Of a stretch of DNA of 64,000 nucleotides, positions 28,406 to 38,672 are shown piece by piece; position 1 is the stretch's first letter; each line of letters starts with the position of its first letter. This DNA is from an uncultured Mycoplasmatota bacterium (GTDB lineage: Bacteria; Bacillota_I; Bacilli_A; RF39; UBA660). Both the position numbers and the translations under genes were made by a program. A model generated the notes under the pieces. The model was not told where the DNA came from. It did no database searches and saw only the letters and a program-made list of their open reading frames with translations. The DNA lies in contig UQOS01000004.1 of assembly GCA_900542735.1 (NCBI GenBank), positions 35 to 64,034 of the forward strand, given 5' to 3'.

Positions 28406-30343
28406 CTAAATATCAAGATTTTGCACATAACCGGCATTTTCTTCTATAAACTTTCTTCTAGGGTCTACTTCATCACCCATTAATTTTTCGAATATTGCAT
28501 CAGCTGCTAAACAATCATCTACTGTAATCTTTCTTAATACTCTTTTTTCAATATCCATAGTAGTTTCATTTAATTCTTCAGCATCCATTTCCCCTAAACC
28601 TTTCATACGAGCAATTTCAGCTTTAGAACGCACATTCTCAGGAAGTGTGTTAAGATAATCTGCAAGTTCATCATCATTTAATACGTATTTTCTAGTTTTA
28701 CCATGCATAATTCTATAAAGAGGAGGTTGCGCTGCATACACATGACCAGCTTCTACAATTGGCTTAAAAAAGCGATAAAATAAAGTTAAAAGTAAAACTC
28801 TAATATGAGAACCATCAACATCGGCATCAGTCATAATAATAATTTTATCGTATCTAAGTTTAGATAAATCAAAATATTCACCAATACCAGTACCAAAAGC
28901 AGTAATAATCGTTTTAATTTCTTCATTTCCTAGTGCTTTATCAAGTCTTGCTTTTTCAACATTTAATATTTTTCCTCTAAGTGGTAAAATTGCTTGTGTC
29001 ATAGAATCTCTACCCTTTTTAGCAGAACCCCCAGCACTATCTCCTTCGACTATAAATATTTCAGAAACACTAGGATCTTTACTCTTACAGTCAGATAACT
29101 TACCAAAGAAGTTTGTGACAGCTAAATCACTCTTTCTAGTAGCTTCTCTTGCTCTTTTAGCAGCCATTCTAGCATTCCTAGCTAGTAATGCCTTATTAAC
29201 GATAATCTTAGCATCTTCTGGGTTTTCTAATAAAAATCTTTCAAATCCTTCATAGAAAACACTATCAGCTAAACTTCTAACTTCAGAGTTACCAAGTCTT
29301 CCCTTAGTTTGTCCCTCAAATTGAGGATTTGGGTGCTTACAAGAAATAATCATAGTAAGTCCCTCTTTAACATCGTCTTCTTTTAGATTTTCGTCCTTTT
29401 CTTTTAACATATTGTTTTTTCTAGCATAATTATTAATCACTCTTGATAAAGCTCTTTTAACGCCATCTTCATGTGTTCCACCATCATGAGTATTAATATT
29501 ATTCACAAAAGAATAAATATTAGTATTATAAGAAGTATTATATTGCATAGCTACTTCAAAGAATACACCATCTTTTTCACCACTTAAATGAATAATATCT
29601 TGATGAATAGGTGTCTTTTCCTGATTAATGAATCTAACATATTCACTAATACCACCTTCATAAAGGAAAGTTTCCCCAGTAGTATCTTCTAAATCACGAT
29701 CATCCCTGATATTAATAGATAATCCTCTATTTAAGAAAGCTAATTCACGCACTCTTACTTTTAAAGTCTCATAATCATAAATATCTGTATCAAATATTTC
29801 AGGATCTGGTTTAAAAGTAACAGTTGTTCCTGTTCTATCTGGATTACATTCGCCAATTACATGAAGAGATTCAACAGTATGCCCACCATTTTCAAAACGA
29901 ATTTTATGGATTTTACCATTTTTATATACAGTAACTTCTACCCATTTACTAAGAGCATTTACTACACTGGCACCAACTCCGTGAAGTCCACCAGATACTT
30001 TATAACCTCCACCGCCAAATTTTCCACCAGCATGTAAAACCGTATAAACAGTTTCAACTGTAGAAATTCCTGTCTTAGGGTGAATATCAACTGGTATTCC
30101 ACGACCATCATCTTTTACAGTAATTGAATTATCTCTATTAATAACTACTTCAATATTATGACAGTATCCAGCTAATGCTTCATCAATTGCGTTATCCACA
30201 ATCTCCCATACTAAATGATGAAGACCTTTTACATCAGTTGTACCAATATACATACCTGGTCTTTTTCTAACTGCTTCTAGTCCCTCTAAGACTTGAATAT
30301 CCGAAGCATCATAATGATTTGTTACTTTTTCTTCTGTATTCAT
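28406..30343 (-). CDS. gyrB: DNA gyrase subunit B
   Basis: GHKL ATPase motifs ([16 protein letters not shown]), Toprim EGDSAGG and PLRGKILN. Confidence 0.95.
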   Translation of the reverse strand: MNTEEKVTNHYDASDIQVLEGLEAVRKRPGMYIGTTDVKGLHHLVWEIVDNAIDEALAGYCHNIEVVINRDNSITVKDDGRGIPVDIHPKTGISTVETVYTVLHAGGKFGGGGYKVSGGLHGVGASVVNALSKWVEVTVYKNGKIHKIRFENGGHTVESLHVIGECNPDRTGTTVTFKPDPEIFDTDIYDYETLKVRVRELAFLNRGLSINIRDDRDLEDTTGETFLYEGGISEYVRFINQEKTPIHQDIIHLSGEKDGVFFEVAMQYNTSYNTNIYSFVNNINTHDGGTHEDGVKRALSRVINNYARKNNMLKEKDENLKEDDVKEGLTMIISCKHPNPQFEGQTKGRLGNSEVRSLADSVFYEGFERFLLENPEDAKIIVNKALLARNARMAAKRAREATRKSDLAVTNFFGKLSDCKSKDPSVSEIFIVEGDSAGGSAKKGRDSMTQAILPLRGKILNVEKARLDKALGNEEIKTIITAFGTGIGEYFDLSKLRYDKIIIMTDADVDGSHIRVLLLTLFYRFFKPIVEAGHVYAAQPPLYRIMHGKTRKYVLNDDELADYLNTLPENVRSKAEIARMKGLGEMDAEELNETTMDIEKRVLRKITVDDCLAADAIFEKLMGDEVDPRRKFIEENAGYVQNLDI

Positions 30344-30346
30344 ATA

Positions 30347-31462
30347 TTATTCCACCTTTTCTGTTATTTTACCGTGGTCAACAATAAAAACTTTAGCCCG
30401 ATTAATAACTCTTTTTTGAATATTTTTTAAATCAGTTGTTGTAATAATAGTTTGTACATCTTTTGGTATAAATTCTATTAATTTATTTCTTTTTGTAATA
30501 TCTAGTTCACTAAATATATCATCGAGTAAAAGAATAGGACTAGTCCCCTTCTCTAACCTAAAAAAAGAAACTTCTACTAATTTAAAGGCAATAATTGCTA
30601 ATCGTTGCTGACCTTGTGAAGCATAATACTTCATATTTTCATTATTTATATAAAAGGAAAAATCATCTCTATGTGGCCCATATAAAGTCATTCCTTGAGC
30701 TATTTCTCTCTTTATATTATTTTTTAATTTTGATAAGTATTTTTCTTTAATATTTTCACTATTAAATTCTACTAAATCAAGATTATTTTCATAAACAATA
30801 TTTAAATTACGAACACCAGCAATCTCAAAGAAAATATTTTCAATCTTCGTATTAATATAATCTAAATATTTTTTACGATATAAGTATATTTGTACTCCTC
30901 TATCTACTAATTTTTCATTGATAATATCTAAATATCTAGTATCTGAAAAACCATTAACACTAAGTTGTTTTAAATATTCATTTCTGTTTTTTAAAAGTTT
31001 ATTATACTCATTTAAATAATTAACATAAAAAGGATATAATTGACTAATTTGAATATTTAATAAATTTCTTCTAATCTGAGGAGAACCTTTAATAATATCT
31101 AAATCACTAGGAGAAAACATAATAACATTCATATTAGAAATATAAGAAGCTATTTTCTTAATTTCATTTTTGTTAATGAATACTCTCTTTTTATCTTCTG
31201 TTAACTCAATTTTTAATTCTTTTAAAAAATTTTCATCACGAAGTATTCCTTGAATTCTACAAAAATTAGCTTGATTTTTAATAATATTGTTTTCTAATCC
31301 CATTCTGTGCGATTTAGTAAGTGCAAGTATATAAATACTTTCTAAAATATTTGTTTTTCCTTGAGCATTATTTCCTATAAAAATATTGATTTTATCACAT
31401 AGTTTAACTTTTTCACTTTGATAATTTCTAAAATTAGTAACTTCAATTTTTGATAAATACAT
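30347..31462 (-). CDS. recF: DNA replication and repair protein RecF
   Basis: Walker A GNNAQGKTN and an SMC-like signature. The start is placed at MYLSKIEV. Confidence 0.85.
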   Translation of the reverse strand: MYLSKIEVTNFRNYQSEKVKLCDKINIFIGNNAQGKTNILESIYILALTKSHRMGLENNIIKNQANFCRIQGILRDENFLKELKIELTEDKKRVFINKNEIKKIASYISNMNVIMFSPSDLDIIKGSPQIRRNLLNIQISQLYPFYVNYLNEYNKLLKNRNEYLKQLSVNGFSDTRYLDIINEKLVDRGVQIYLYRKKYLDYINTKIENIFFEIAGVRNLNIVYENNLDLVEFNSENIKEKYLSKLKNNIKREIAQGMTLYGPHRDDFSFYINNENMKYYASQGQQRLAIIAFKLVEVSFFRLEKGTSPILLLDDIFSELDITKRNKLIEFIPKDVQTIITTTDLKNIQKRVINRAKVFIVDHGKITEKVE

Positions 31463-31566
31463 ATAAAACCCCAAAAAAACTCATATTATCACCTTTTATA
31501 TCTTTTTTGTACTCCTATACCTACATATACATTATACCATAATACAAGGCTAAAAACATAAAAAAA

Positions 31567-31588
31567 AGAAGTTTTTCTTCTTTTTTTT
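31567..31588. terminator. Palindromic rho-independent terminator (AGAAG-TTTTT-CTTCT flanked by A/T runs). It serves the ComK-like gene on the minus strand.
   Basis: A stem plus a U-run on either strand. Confidence 0.5.
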
Positions 31589-32042
31589 AACTATTTTTTA
31601 CCTTTTTTCGTTCATTCAAAAGAGTATTTAATCTAGAAGCACGCATAATCTGATTTTTTATAGAAGCAACAGAACATTTACAGATAATTCTTTTACCATT
31701 TTTAAATTCCACATATGTAGTACCATTTTTTTCATAAACATCTTTTATCCACTTTAAAGATAACCATACACAGTGTTTATCTTCTGGTGAAGCAATCGGA
31801 AAAAAAATTAAATCTGAGCTTTCTTCGACAATTACAGGCACCTTATAATTAGCCCCTAATATTTTTTTACTTCCATCTACTCTTCCCGTATAACTACTAC
31901 CAAAATATCTACAAGAATAATCCATTACTTCATAAGCAGAATCATTAATAAAATATTCATTTTCTGTTTCAATAACTCTAGTTGCATTCTTATTTACTCC
32001 CATAACAGCAGCAGTATCTTCATTTACTTCGTAATTTTCCAT
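31587..32042 (-). CDS. ComK-family protein (competence transcription factor family). It occupies the slot where Bacillus has yaaA/rlbA.
   Basis: Aligns with B. subtilis ComK: YEVN...AV; SCRYFGSSYTGRV versus SCRFFGSSYAGRK; VPVIVEESSDLIFFPIAS versus PPIMVDPSNQIFLFPTLS; CVWLS versus CGWIS. It is 151 aa and shorter at the C-terminus. Confidence 0.6.
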   Translation of the reverse strand: MENYEVNEDTAAVMGVNKNATRVIETENEYFINDSAYEVMDYSCRYFGSSYTGRVDGSKKILGANYKVPVIVEESSDLIFFPIASPEDKHCVWLSLKWIKDVYEKNGTTYVEFKNGKRIICKCSVASIKNQIMRASRLNTLLNERKKVKNS

Positions 32043-32142
32043 AATAATCTCCCCCTACAATTTCTAATAAAATTGTGAGGCTTACTATAACAGATAACTA
32101 TGTCGAAAAAAGTAGAAAGAAGGAAAAAATAATAATTTATGA

Positions 32143-33264
32143 TTAATATGTTCTAATTGGTAATACTAATTGTGTTAAACCTTCGTCTTTTTTAGATTTT
32201 AAAATAATAGGTTTTACTTCTCCAACAAAAGAAATTTCTACTTGTTCATCATCAAATGATTTTAAAGCTTCCATCATATATTTAGCTACAAATGATATTT
32301 TTAAATTTTCACTGTTATCTTTTTCTATATTCATTTTTTCTTCTACTCTACCTATTTCAGCAGAACTACTTCTAACAAATAGTTTATTACCATTAATTTC
32401 AAAAGTAACAATATTTTTTTCTTTATCACTAGTTAAAATACTAGCACGATCGATTACATTATATAATTCATTTACATTTACTTTAATAGATAACATAAAT
32501 TCATCAGGTAATAAATTAGCTGTATTAGGATAAGTTCCATTAATTAATCTAGATTGAAATAAAATATTTTGATATTTAATTAATACTTTATTATTAAAGA
32601 TATGTAATTCAATATTATCTTCACTATCGTCCATAATCTTAATAAATTCTAATAAGTTCTTACTAGGGATAACGATATTATAATTTTCTTCTACAGCATT
32701 ACTTAATGTTAATAACTTTCTAGCTAAACGATAACTATCTGTAGAATTACATTCCATGGTATTACCTACTATTTTAAAGTTAATACCAGTTAAGATTGGT
32801 CTAGATTCATCTGTAGAAGATGCAAATGATGTTTGAGAAATAATACCTCTAAAATCACGACCAGCTAAAATTAAAGGATTTTTACTTAATTCTAAATTAA
32901 TAGCAGGATATTCATTTTTATCAATACCATTTAAATTAAATTCACTATTATCAGTATAAATAGTAATTTTTAGTTCATCTATTACTTCTATATTGATAAA
33001 TTCATCTGGTAATTTTCTAACGATATCGAGAATGTACTTTCCTTGAATAATAATACTACCCTCTTTTTCAATTTCCATTTCTTCTGTTTTGTCAATAAAT
33101 ACTTGAATGGTAATATCATTATCACTAGCTGTTAACATTAATCCTTTTTCTGTTAAATCAAATTTAATTCCAGCAAGTACTGGTACTAAATTTTTAGTAG
33201 ATAAAGCTTTAGATACTTTATTAAGTCCATCTAATAATATTTCCTTTTTAATTTTTAATTTCAT
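32143..33264 (-). CDS. dnaN: DNA polymerase III beta sliding clamp
   Basis: 373 aa with three-domain clamp architecture. Position 3' of dnaA. Confidence 0.9.
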   Translation of the reverse strand: MKLKIKKEILLDGLNKVSKALSTKNLVPVLAGIKFDLTEKGLMLTASDNDITIQVFIDKTEEMEIEKEGSIIIQGKYILDIVRKLPDEFINIEVIDELKITIYTDNSEFNLNGIDKNEYPAINLELSKNPLILAGRDFRGIISQTSFASSTDESRPILTGINFKIVGNTMECNSTDSYRLARKLLTLSNAVEENYNIVIPSKNLLEFIKIMDDSEDNIELHIFNNKVLIKYQNILFQSRLINGTYPNTANLLPDEFMLSIKVNVNELYNVIDRASILTSDKEKNIVTFEINGNKLFVRSSSAEIGRVEEKMNIEKDNSENLKISFVAKYMMEALKSFDDEQVEISFVGEVKPIILKSKKDEGLTQLVLPIRTY

Positions 33265-33304
33265 ATTTAATTCCTTCTTTCTTATTATCTATTATTATTA
33301 TTAC

Positions 33305-33403
33305 TGTGGAAAATGTGGAAAACTTCATATTTACTTTATTTTAACACATATTTTTAAAAAATAGGTTGTGGAAAACTTTTTGATTTTTTAAACTTTATCC
33401 ACA
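33305..33403. promoter_or_regulatory. oriC DnaA-box cluster (dnaA-dnaN intergenic): TGTGGAAAA x3 (33305, 33314, 33367) and TTATCCACA (33395-33403)
   Basis: Four DnaA boxes within 100 bp of an AT-rich region. The arrangement mirrors the Bacillus incC/oriC2. Confidence 0.8.
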
Positions 33404-34804
33404 TCATACTATTTCTTTCTTTAATTTTTCAATAATATTAGCTAATTCTTTATTTGTTAAAACTTCTTTTTCAATCTTTTCTACAGAGTGCATTACTGTC
33501 GAATGATCTTTTCCACCAAAGTCTATTCCTATTTTAGGAAATGATTCATTAGTAAGTTTTCTACATAAATACATAGCTACTTGTCTTGGAAATGCTAGAT
33601 TTGAGCTTCTTTTTTTTGATTTTAAATCTTCAACTGATACTTGAAAATATTCTGCTACAATTCTTTGAATTCTATTAACACTATTTTTTTCACTATATCC
33701 TTTGTTTACAAAGTCTTTTAATACATCAACTGCTAAATCTAGTGTAATTTCAGCACCACCCATAATTGTGGAATAAGCAAGTAGCCTCGTAATAGAACCC
33801 TCAAGGTGTCGTACATCACTTCCTACATTAGAAGCAATATATTCAATGACATCATCAGGAATATTTTTATTAATAGACTCCCCTATTATCTTTTTCTTAA
33901 TAATAGCTACTCTTAATTCGAAGTCTGGTGGAAAAATATCAGCTGTTAATCCCCAACAAAATCTAGTCCTTAAACGGTCTTCCAAAGATTTTAAATCATC
34001 TGGCGATCGGTCTGATGAAATAATAATTTGTTTATTTTCATCATATAACTTAGTAAAAGTATTAAAGAATTCGTTTTGTGTTTGTGGCGCACTTTGAAAA
34101 AATTGAATATCATCAACGATAAGTACATCAACACTTCTATATTTATTTTTAAAATAAGATACATAATCAAAATTTTTACCGTATTCATCTTTTTTATTAA
34201 TTCCTAAAAAGTCTGTAATGAATTGGTCACTTGTCACATATAAAACTTTTTTACTAGAATGTTCTGTAATATAATTACCAATTGCGTGCATTAAATGTGT
34301 TTTTCCTAATCCACTATTTCCATATATAAATAAAGGATTATATAGTACTCCAGGATTTTCAGCTACTTCTAAAGCAGCAGCCTGAGCAAATTTATTAGTA
34401 TTACCAACAATAAAGTTTTCAAAAGTAAATTTCTTATTTAAATTAGAACAAAAATTAGTATTTTCAAAATGATGAGTGGTATTAGTTTCTTTATTATTTT
34501 GAGTATACATAGGACTGATAGGACTATTATCTTCTTGATTATTCTTTAAATCATCTATTTCTTCCTGTGTATAAAACTCAATATCAACATTATCTCCTAC
34601 TACATTACTAAGATTATTAACGATTAAATCATAATATTTAGTAGTTAAATGCTTTTTATACATTGCCATTGGAACAATAATTTTACAAACACCATTACTA
34701 TATTCATAAAGTTCAGTATTTTTAAACCAAGTTTCAAAAGACAGAGGATTCATTTCGGTTTTTATGCTGTTTAAAAAATTAGACCATATTATTTTTACAT
34801 TCAC
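33404..34804 (-). CDS. dnaA: Chromosomal replication initiator DnaA
   Basis: AAA+ Walker A GNSGLGKTHL. C-terminal DnaA signature HTTVMHS..KIEK. Confidence 0.95.
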   Translation of the reverse strand: MNVKIIWSNFLNSIKTEMNPLSFETWFKNTELYEYSNGVCKIIVPMAMYKKHLTTKYYDLIVNNLSNVVGDNVDIEFYTQEEIDDLKNNQEDNSPISPMYTQNNKETNTTHHFENTNFCSNLNKKFTFENFIVGNTNKFAQAAALEVAENPGVLYNPLFIYGNSGLGKTHLMHAIGNYITEHSSKKVLYVTSDQFITDFLGINKKDEYGKNFDYVSYFKNKYRSVDVLIVDDIQFFQSAPQTQNEFFNTFTKLYDENKQIIISSDRSPDDLKSLEDRLRTRFCWGLTADIFPPDFELRVAIIKKKIIGESINKNIPDDVIEYIASNVGSDVRHLEGSITRLLAYSTIMGGAEITLDLAVDVLKDFVNKGYSEKNSVNRIQRIVAEYFQVSVEDLKSKKRSSNLAFPRQVAMYLCRKLTNESFPKIGIDFGGKDHSTVMHSVEKIEKEVLTNKELANIIEKLKKEIV

Positions 34805-34862
34805 CTATTATCACCCCTGACTCCAGTTAATTCAAAATTGCAAGTCTTATTTTAACTTAAAA

Positions 34863-35029
34863 CTGTGGAAAAATAAATAGGTATTTTTGTATTTTTTCTA
34901 ATTCACAATTAATCCACAACTTTTTCCACAACTAAAATACATATAGAATAAGATAAATACAAACTTTTCCACATTTTAAAAAAAATTAAATTCACAGTGT
35001 GAAAAAAGTTTTAAACAATGATGTGGAAA
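34863..35029. promoter_or_regulatory. oriC DnaA-box cluster upstream of dnaA: TGTGGAAAA (34863), TAATCCACA (34909), TTTTCCACA (34921, 34964), TGTGGAAAA (35021), plus A/T-rich tracts
   Basis: At least five boxes within 170 bp between dnaA and rpmH, as in the Bacillus oriC1/incA-B. Confidence 0.8.
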
Positions 35030-35065
35030 ATGTTGAAAACTATGAAAATGGACCAATTTTAAATA

Positions 35066-35078
35066 ATTTTCCGGAAAT
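35066..35078. promoter_or_regulatory. Noc-site-like variant ATTTTCCGGAAAT (one C:G pair short) inside oriC, 3' of the DnaA box at 35021
   Basis: AATAATTTTCCGGAAATAATT. It repeats the DnaA-box-then-Noc-site arrangement seen in the array. Confidence 0.4.
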
Positions 35079-35141
35079 AATTGACAAAACTATCAAAATC
35101 TTATTATAATAATGGAGATTTTATGTCTGGAGGTGGAATGA

Positions 35142-35264
35142 ATGAAAAGAACTTATCAACCAAATAATCGTAAAATGAAAAAAGCCCATGGATTTTTTTC
35201 AAGAGTTAAAGGTAATGTATTAAAGAAAAGAAGAGCAAAAGGCCGTAAAAGATTATCTAAATAA
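35142..35264 (+). CDS. rpmH: 50S ribosomal protein L34
   Basis: [46 protein letters not shown] ribosome-binding site. It falls below the ORF-track length cutoff. Confidence 0.8.
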   Translation: MKRTYQPNNRKMKKAHGFFSRVKGNVLKKRRAKGRKRLSK

Positions 35265-35268
35265 AAAT

Positions 35269-35291
35269 ACCACGAATAGTGGTTTTTTTTG
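35269..35291 (+). terminator. rpmH terminator: ACCAC-GAATA-GTGGT followed by T8
   Basis: A hairpin plus a T-run immediately after the stop. Confidence 0.6.
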
Positions 35292-35315
35292 CTTTTTAAA
35301 GAAATAGGTGAAAAA

Positions 35316-35657
35316 ATGAAAAAAAATAATATTGTAAAAGAAAGTAAAGATTTTGAAAAAGCAATTAAAAGAGGTAAATTTTATAAAAATAATTTATATA
35401 TTATATATGTAATTGATAACGATTATAATAATTATCGCTTTGGAATATCAGTGGGTAAAAAGATTTCAAACAAAGCTGTTATTAGAAATAAATTGAAACG
35501 AAGATTAAAAAATATTATTGATAAATATCAAAATTTATATCAAAATCATAAAGATTATATTATAATAATGAAAAGAAGTTGTTTAGACAAAAGCTATCAA
35601 GAACTAGAAAGCAGCTTTCTTGAAATAATGAAGAAAATAACAGTAAAGGAGAATTAA
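35316..35657 (+). CDS. rnpA: Ribonuclease P protein component
   Basis: Basic 114-aa protein with an FGISVGKKISNKAVIRNKLKRRL RNase P motif. AGGTG ribosome-binding site. Confidence 0.75.
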   Translation: MKKNNIVKESKDFEKAIKRGKFYKNNLYIIYVIDNDYNNYRFGISVGKKISNKAVIRNKLKRRLKNIIDKYQNLYQNHKDYIIIMKRSCLDKSYQELESSFLEIMKKITVKEN

Positions 35658-36593
35658 ATGAAATCAAAAAAAGGAAAGATATTAATAGTTTTTCTATTAT
35701 TACTAACATTAACAACAGGTTGTACAAAAACATTAAAAGATGCAAATAAAAAGGTAGTAACTAATCCTGAAACAGGACAGAGTTTAACAGAAAATATTTT
35801 ATGCCAACCAGAAAACAAACAAACGATTAAAACTTATGAAGAAAATGGAGTAGATTTATCAAAATATCCAAAATGTAGTGAATTTAAAATCACTAGTGGT
35901 GGCTATGAAGGTTTATGGGATAGTATTTTTGTAAAACCACTTGCTTTTGTAATTTTATGGTTTAATAAATATGTAAATAGTGCAGCATTAGCATTAATTA
36001 TCACAAGTATTATTATTCGTTTAATTGCTTACCCAATCACGAAAAAAACAGCTATGCAGTCAGAGTTATTAAAAAAAGCTCAACCAGAATTAGAAAGACT
36101 TGAAAAAAAATATGCAAATAAAACAGATCAAGAATCTATTATGAGAAAAAGTCAAGAAATGACTATGATTTATAAAAAGTATAATATAAATCCAATCTCA
36201 GGTTGTATATATGGATTTATTCAACTCCCATTATTTATTGCCTTCTTAGAAGCAATTAACCGTGTGCCAGCTTTATTTGAAGAAACTTTCTTAGGATTAC
36301 AACTTGGTACAACCCCATCAATTGGTTTATTAAATCAAGGAAACTTCTTATATATTATTTTAATTTTATTAGTTGGATTAACAACATATTTTTCATTTAG
36401 TTTAAATAAAACAACAGCTCAGTCTGAAAATGATCCTATGAAAAATATGACTACAATGATGACAATTATGATCTTAGTAATGGGCTTCTTTATGCCAGCA
36501 GCTTTATGTATTTATTGGATTACAACTAACTTATTTACAGTAGCCCAAAATTTAATTGTAAAAAGGAGTAAGAATGATGTTAGTAAGAAATAG
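35658..36593 (+). CDS. yidC: Membrane protein insertase YidC/SpoIIIJ (lipoprotein type)
   Basis: Lipobox LTTGC and the 60-kDa inner-membrane-insertase conserved transmembrane core. Confidence 0.85.
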   Translation: MKSKKGKILIVFLLLLTLTTGCTKTLKDANKKVVTNPETGQSLTENILCQPENKQTIKTYEENGVDLSKYPKCSEFKITSGGYEGLWDSIFVKPLAFVILWFNKYVNSAALALIITSIIIRLIAYPITKKTAMQSELLKKAQPELERLEKKYANKTDQESIMRKSQEMTMIYKKYNINPISGCIYGFIQLPLFIAFLEAINRVPALFEETFLGLQLGTTPSIGLLNQGNFLYIILILLVGLTTYFSFSLNKTTAQSENDPMKNMTTMMTIMILVMGFFMPAALCIYWITTNLFTVAQNLIVKRSKNDVSKK

Positions 36594-37191
36594 ATATAGT
36601 GGTAAAACTAAAGAAGAAGCAATAAACAATGCAAAAATTGCTTTGCAAGAATTAGAAAAAGATTTATACATTAAAGAAATAGAAGTAAAAAATAGCCTTT
36701 TTAATAAGAAAGTAGAAATAGAAGTTATTAGACATGACGATGTAATAGAATATATTAAGGAATATTTAAAAGAATTAATAAAAAACATGGGTCTTACTTG
36801 TAACTTAGAAGTAAAAAAGAGAGAAAATGGAGTAAACATTACAGTAATTTCTGATAATAATTCTATTTTAATTGGTAAAAATGGTAGAACATTAAATGCT
36901 TTAAATCAATTATTAAAACAAGTATTATTTAATGAAATAGGAGAGTATTTTCCATTTAATCTAGACATTGGAGAATATAAAGTAGAGCGTGAACATAAAT
37001 TAGAATCTCTTGCTAAGCGTACTGCTAGAGAAGTAGCTATTTCAAAAGTAGAAGCAAAACTAGATCCAATGAATTCTTATGAAAGAAGAATTATTCATAC
37101 TGCTTTAGCAGATAATAAAAAAGTAATTACAGAAAGTGAAGGCGAAGAACCTAATCGCTATGTAGTTATTAAACCAAAGGAAGATGAATAA
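36574..37191 (+). CDS. jag: Jag/KhpB RNA-binding protein (KH plus R3H)
   Basis: C-terminal R3H motif (SYERRIIHTALA). Position after yidC. Confidence 0.75.
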   Translation: MMLVRNRYSGKTKEEAINNAKIALQELEKDLYIKEIEVKNSLFNKKVEIEVIRHDDVIEYIKEYLKELIKNMGLTCNLEVKKRENGVNITVISDNNSILIGKNGRTLNALNQLLKQVLFNEIGEYFPFNLDIGEYKVEREHKLESLAKRTAREVAISKVEAKLDPMNSYERRIIHTALADNKKVITESEGEEPNRYVVIKPKEDE

Positions 37192-37249
37192 TCTTCTTTT
37201 CTTTTTATAAAAAAAATGGTAGTATATGCTATATAAAAGAGGTGTTACT

Positions 37250-38605
37250 ATGAATGATACAATTGCCGCTATTTCAACTACTTTAGGAGTAGGTGCTATT
37301 TCTATTATTAGAGTAAGTGGAAATGATGCCATAAAAATAGTAAATAAGATATTTAAAGGTAAAAATTTAGAAAAAGTAGAAACGCATACCATTAACTATG
37401 GACATATTGTAGATAAAGATGAAATAATAGATGAAGTATTAGTATCAGTTATGAAATCTCCTAAAACTTTCACAACAGAAGATGTCGTAGAAATTAATTG
37501 CCATGGAGGTATTTCTACTACCAATAAAGTTTTGGAACTTGTATTAAATAATGGTGCAAGACTAGCAGAACCTGGTGAATTTACAAAAAGAGCTTTTTTA
37601 AATGGTAGAATAGATTTAACTCAAGCAGAATCTATAATGGATTTAATTAATTCTAAGAATGAATCTAAAAGAAAAGTAGCCATCAAAGGTTTAAATGGTT
37701 ATGTTAGTAATATTATTAGAAATTTAAGACAAGAAATACTAGAGTTACTTGCATCAATTGAAGTAAATATTGATTACCCAGAATATGAAGATGCAATTGT
37801 GATGACTAATGATATCGTAAAGCCAAAGATTACTGTAATAAAAGAAAAATTAACTAAAATTATTAATGAATCTGAAAACGGTAAGATTCTAACTAGTGGT
37901 ATTAAAACTATCATTATTGGAAAACCAAATGTAGGAAAAAGTAGCATTTTAAATAGATTATTAGATGAAGAAAAAGCAATTGTTACTGATATTGAAGGAA
38001 CAACTCGTGATACAGTTGAAGGTTCTATTACGATTAATGGAGTATCTTTAAATATTATCGATACAGCTGGTATTCGTGAAACAGAAGATATTGTAGAAAA
38101 AATAGGGGTAGAAAAGAGTTTAAGTTTAATTAATGAAGCTGATTTAATTGTTATTGTTTTAAATAATAATGAAGAATTAACAGAAGAAGATAAGAAAATA
38201 CTAACTGCTTGCAAAGATAAAAAGGTAATTGTTGTTATTAATAAAAGTGATTTAGAAAGAAAAATAAATTTAGATGATATTAAATATCAAAATATTGTTT
38301 ATACAAATACAATTGATTTAAATGGTATCAATTCTTTAAAAGAAAAAATAGTAGAATTATTTAATTTAAATGAGCTTGAACAACAAGATTATACTTATCT
38401 AAATAATGTAAGACAAATTTCACTAGCAAAAGATGCATATCAAATTTTAGAAGAAGTAGATAATGGCATAAAAAATGAAGTTCCAGTCGATATGATAGAA
38501 ATTGATATTAAGCGTGCTTGGGAAAAGCTTGGTGAAATAATAGGTGAAACTTACACAGAAGAATTAATAGACCAACTATTTAGTCAGTTCTGTTTAGGTA
38601 AATAA
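37250..38605 (+). CDS. mnmE: tRNA modification GTPase MnmE
   Basis: GKPNVGKSS G1 box, a DTAG motif and the C-terminal CLGK. Confidence 0.9.
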   Translation: MNDTIAAISTTLGVGAISIIRVSGNDAIKIVNKIFKGKNLEKVETHTINYGHIVDKDEIIDEVLVSVMKSPKTFTTEDVVEINCHGGISTTNKVLELVLNNGARLAEPGEFTKRAFLNGRIDLTQAESIMDLINSKNESKRKVAIKGLNGYVSNIIRNLRQEILELLASIEVNIDYPEYEDAIVMTNDIVKPKITVIKEKLTKIINESENGKILTSGIKTIIIGKPNVGKSSILNRLLDEEKAIVTDIEGTTRDTVEGSITINGVSLNIIDTAGIRETEDIVEKIGVEKSLSLINEADLIVIVLNNNEELTEEDKKILTACKDKKVIVVINKSDLERKINLDDIKYQNIVYTNTIDLNGINSLKEKIVELFNLNELEQQDYTYLNNVRQISLAKDAYQILEEVDNGIKNEVPVDMIEIDIKRAWEKLGEIIGETYTEELIDQLFSQFCLGK

Positions 38606-38658
38606 AATTATAAAAAATGTTATATAAATACAAAAATCATAATTTAAGGTCAAAAATT

Positions 38659-38672
38659 ATTTCCCGGGAAAT
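38659..38672. promoter_or_regulatory. Noc-binding-site palindrome in the mnmE-mnmG intergenic region (AAAATTATTTCCCGGGAAATAATTTTTT)
   Basis: Perfect 14-mer with extended arms. Confidence 0.7.

Noticed and set aside
37774-38214. Antisense ORFs inside conserved genes (for example 37774-38214 in mnmE, 16242-16478 in mfd, 33846-34097 and 33991-34188 in dnaA, 41806-42102 in noc, 25873-26321 in gyrA, 52439-53076 in dnaB)
   Set aside because: They are low-complexity translations overlapping strongly conserved CDSs on the opposite strand. They are typical AT-rich spurious ORFs.
17535-38672. AATTATTTCCCGGGAAATAATT as a CodY box (AATTTTCWGAAAATT), a SmaI-type restriction-modification target or an IS inverted repeat
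   Set aside because: The CCCGGG core does not fit the CodY consensus. It matches the Bacillus Noc-binding site exactly. No restriction-modification or transposase genes are nearby. One copy lies inside an essential gene.
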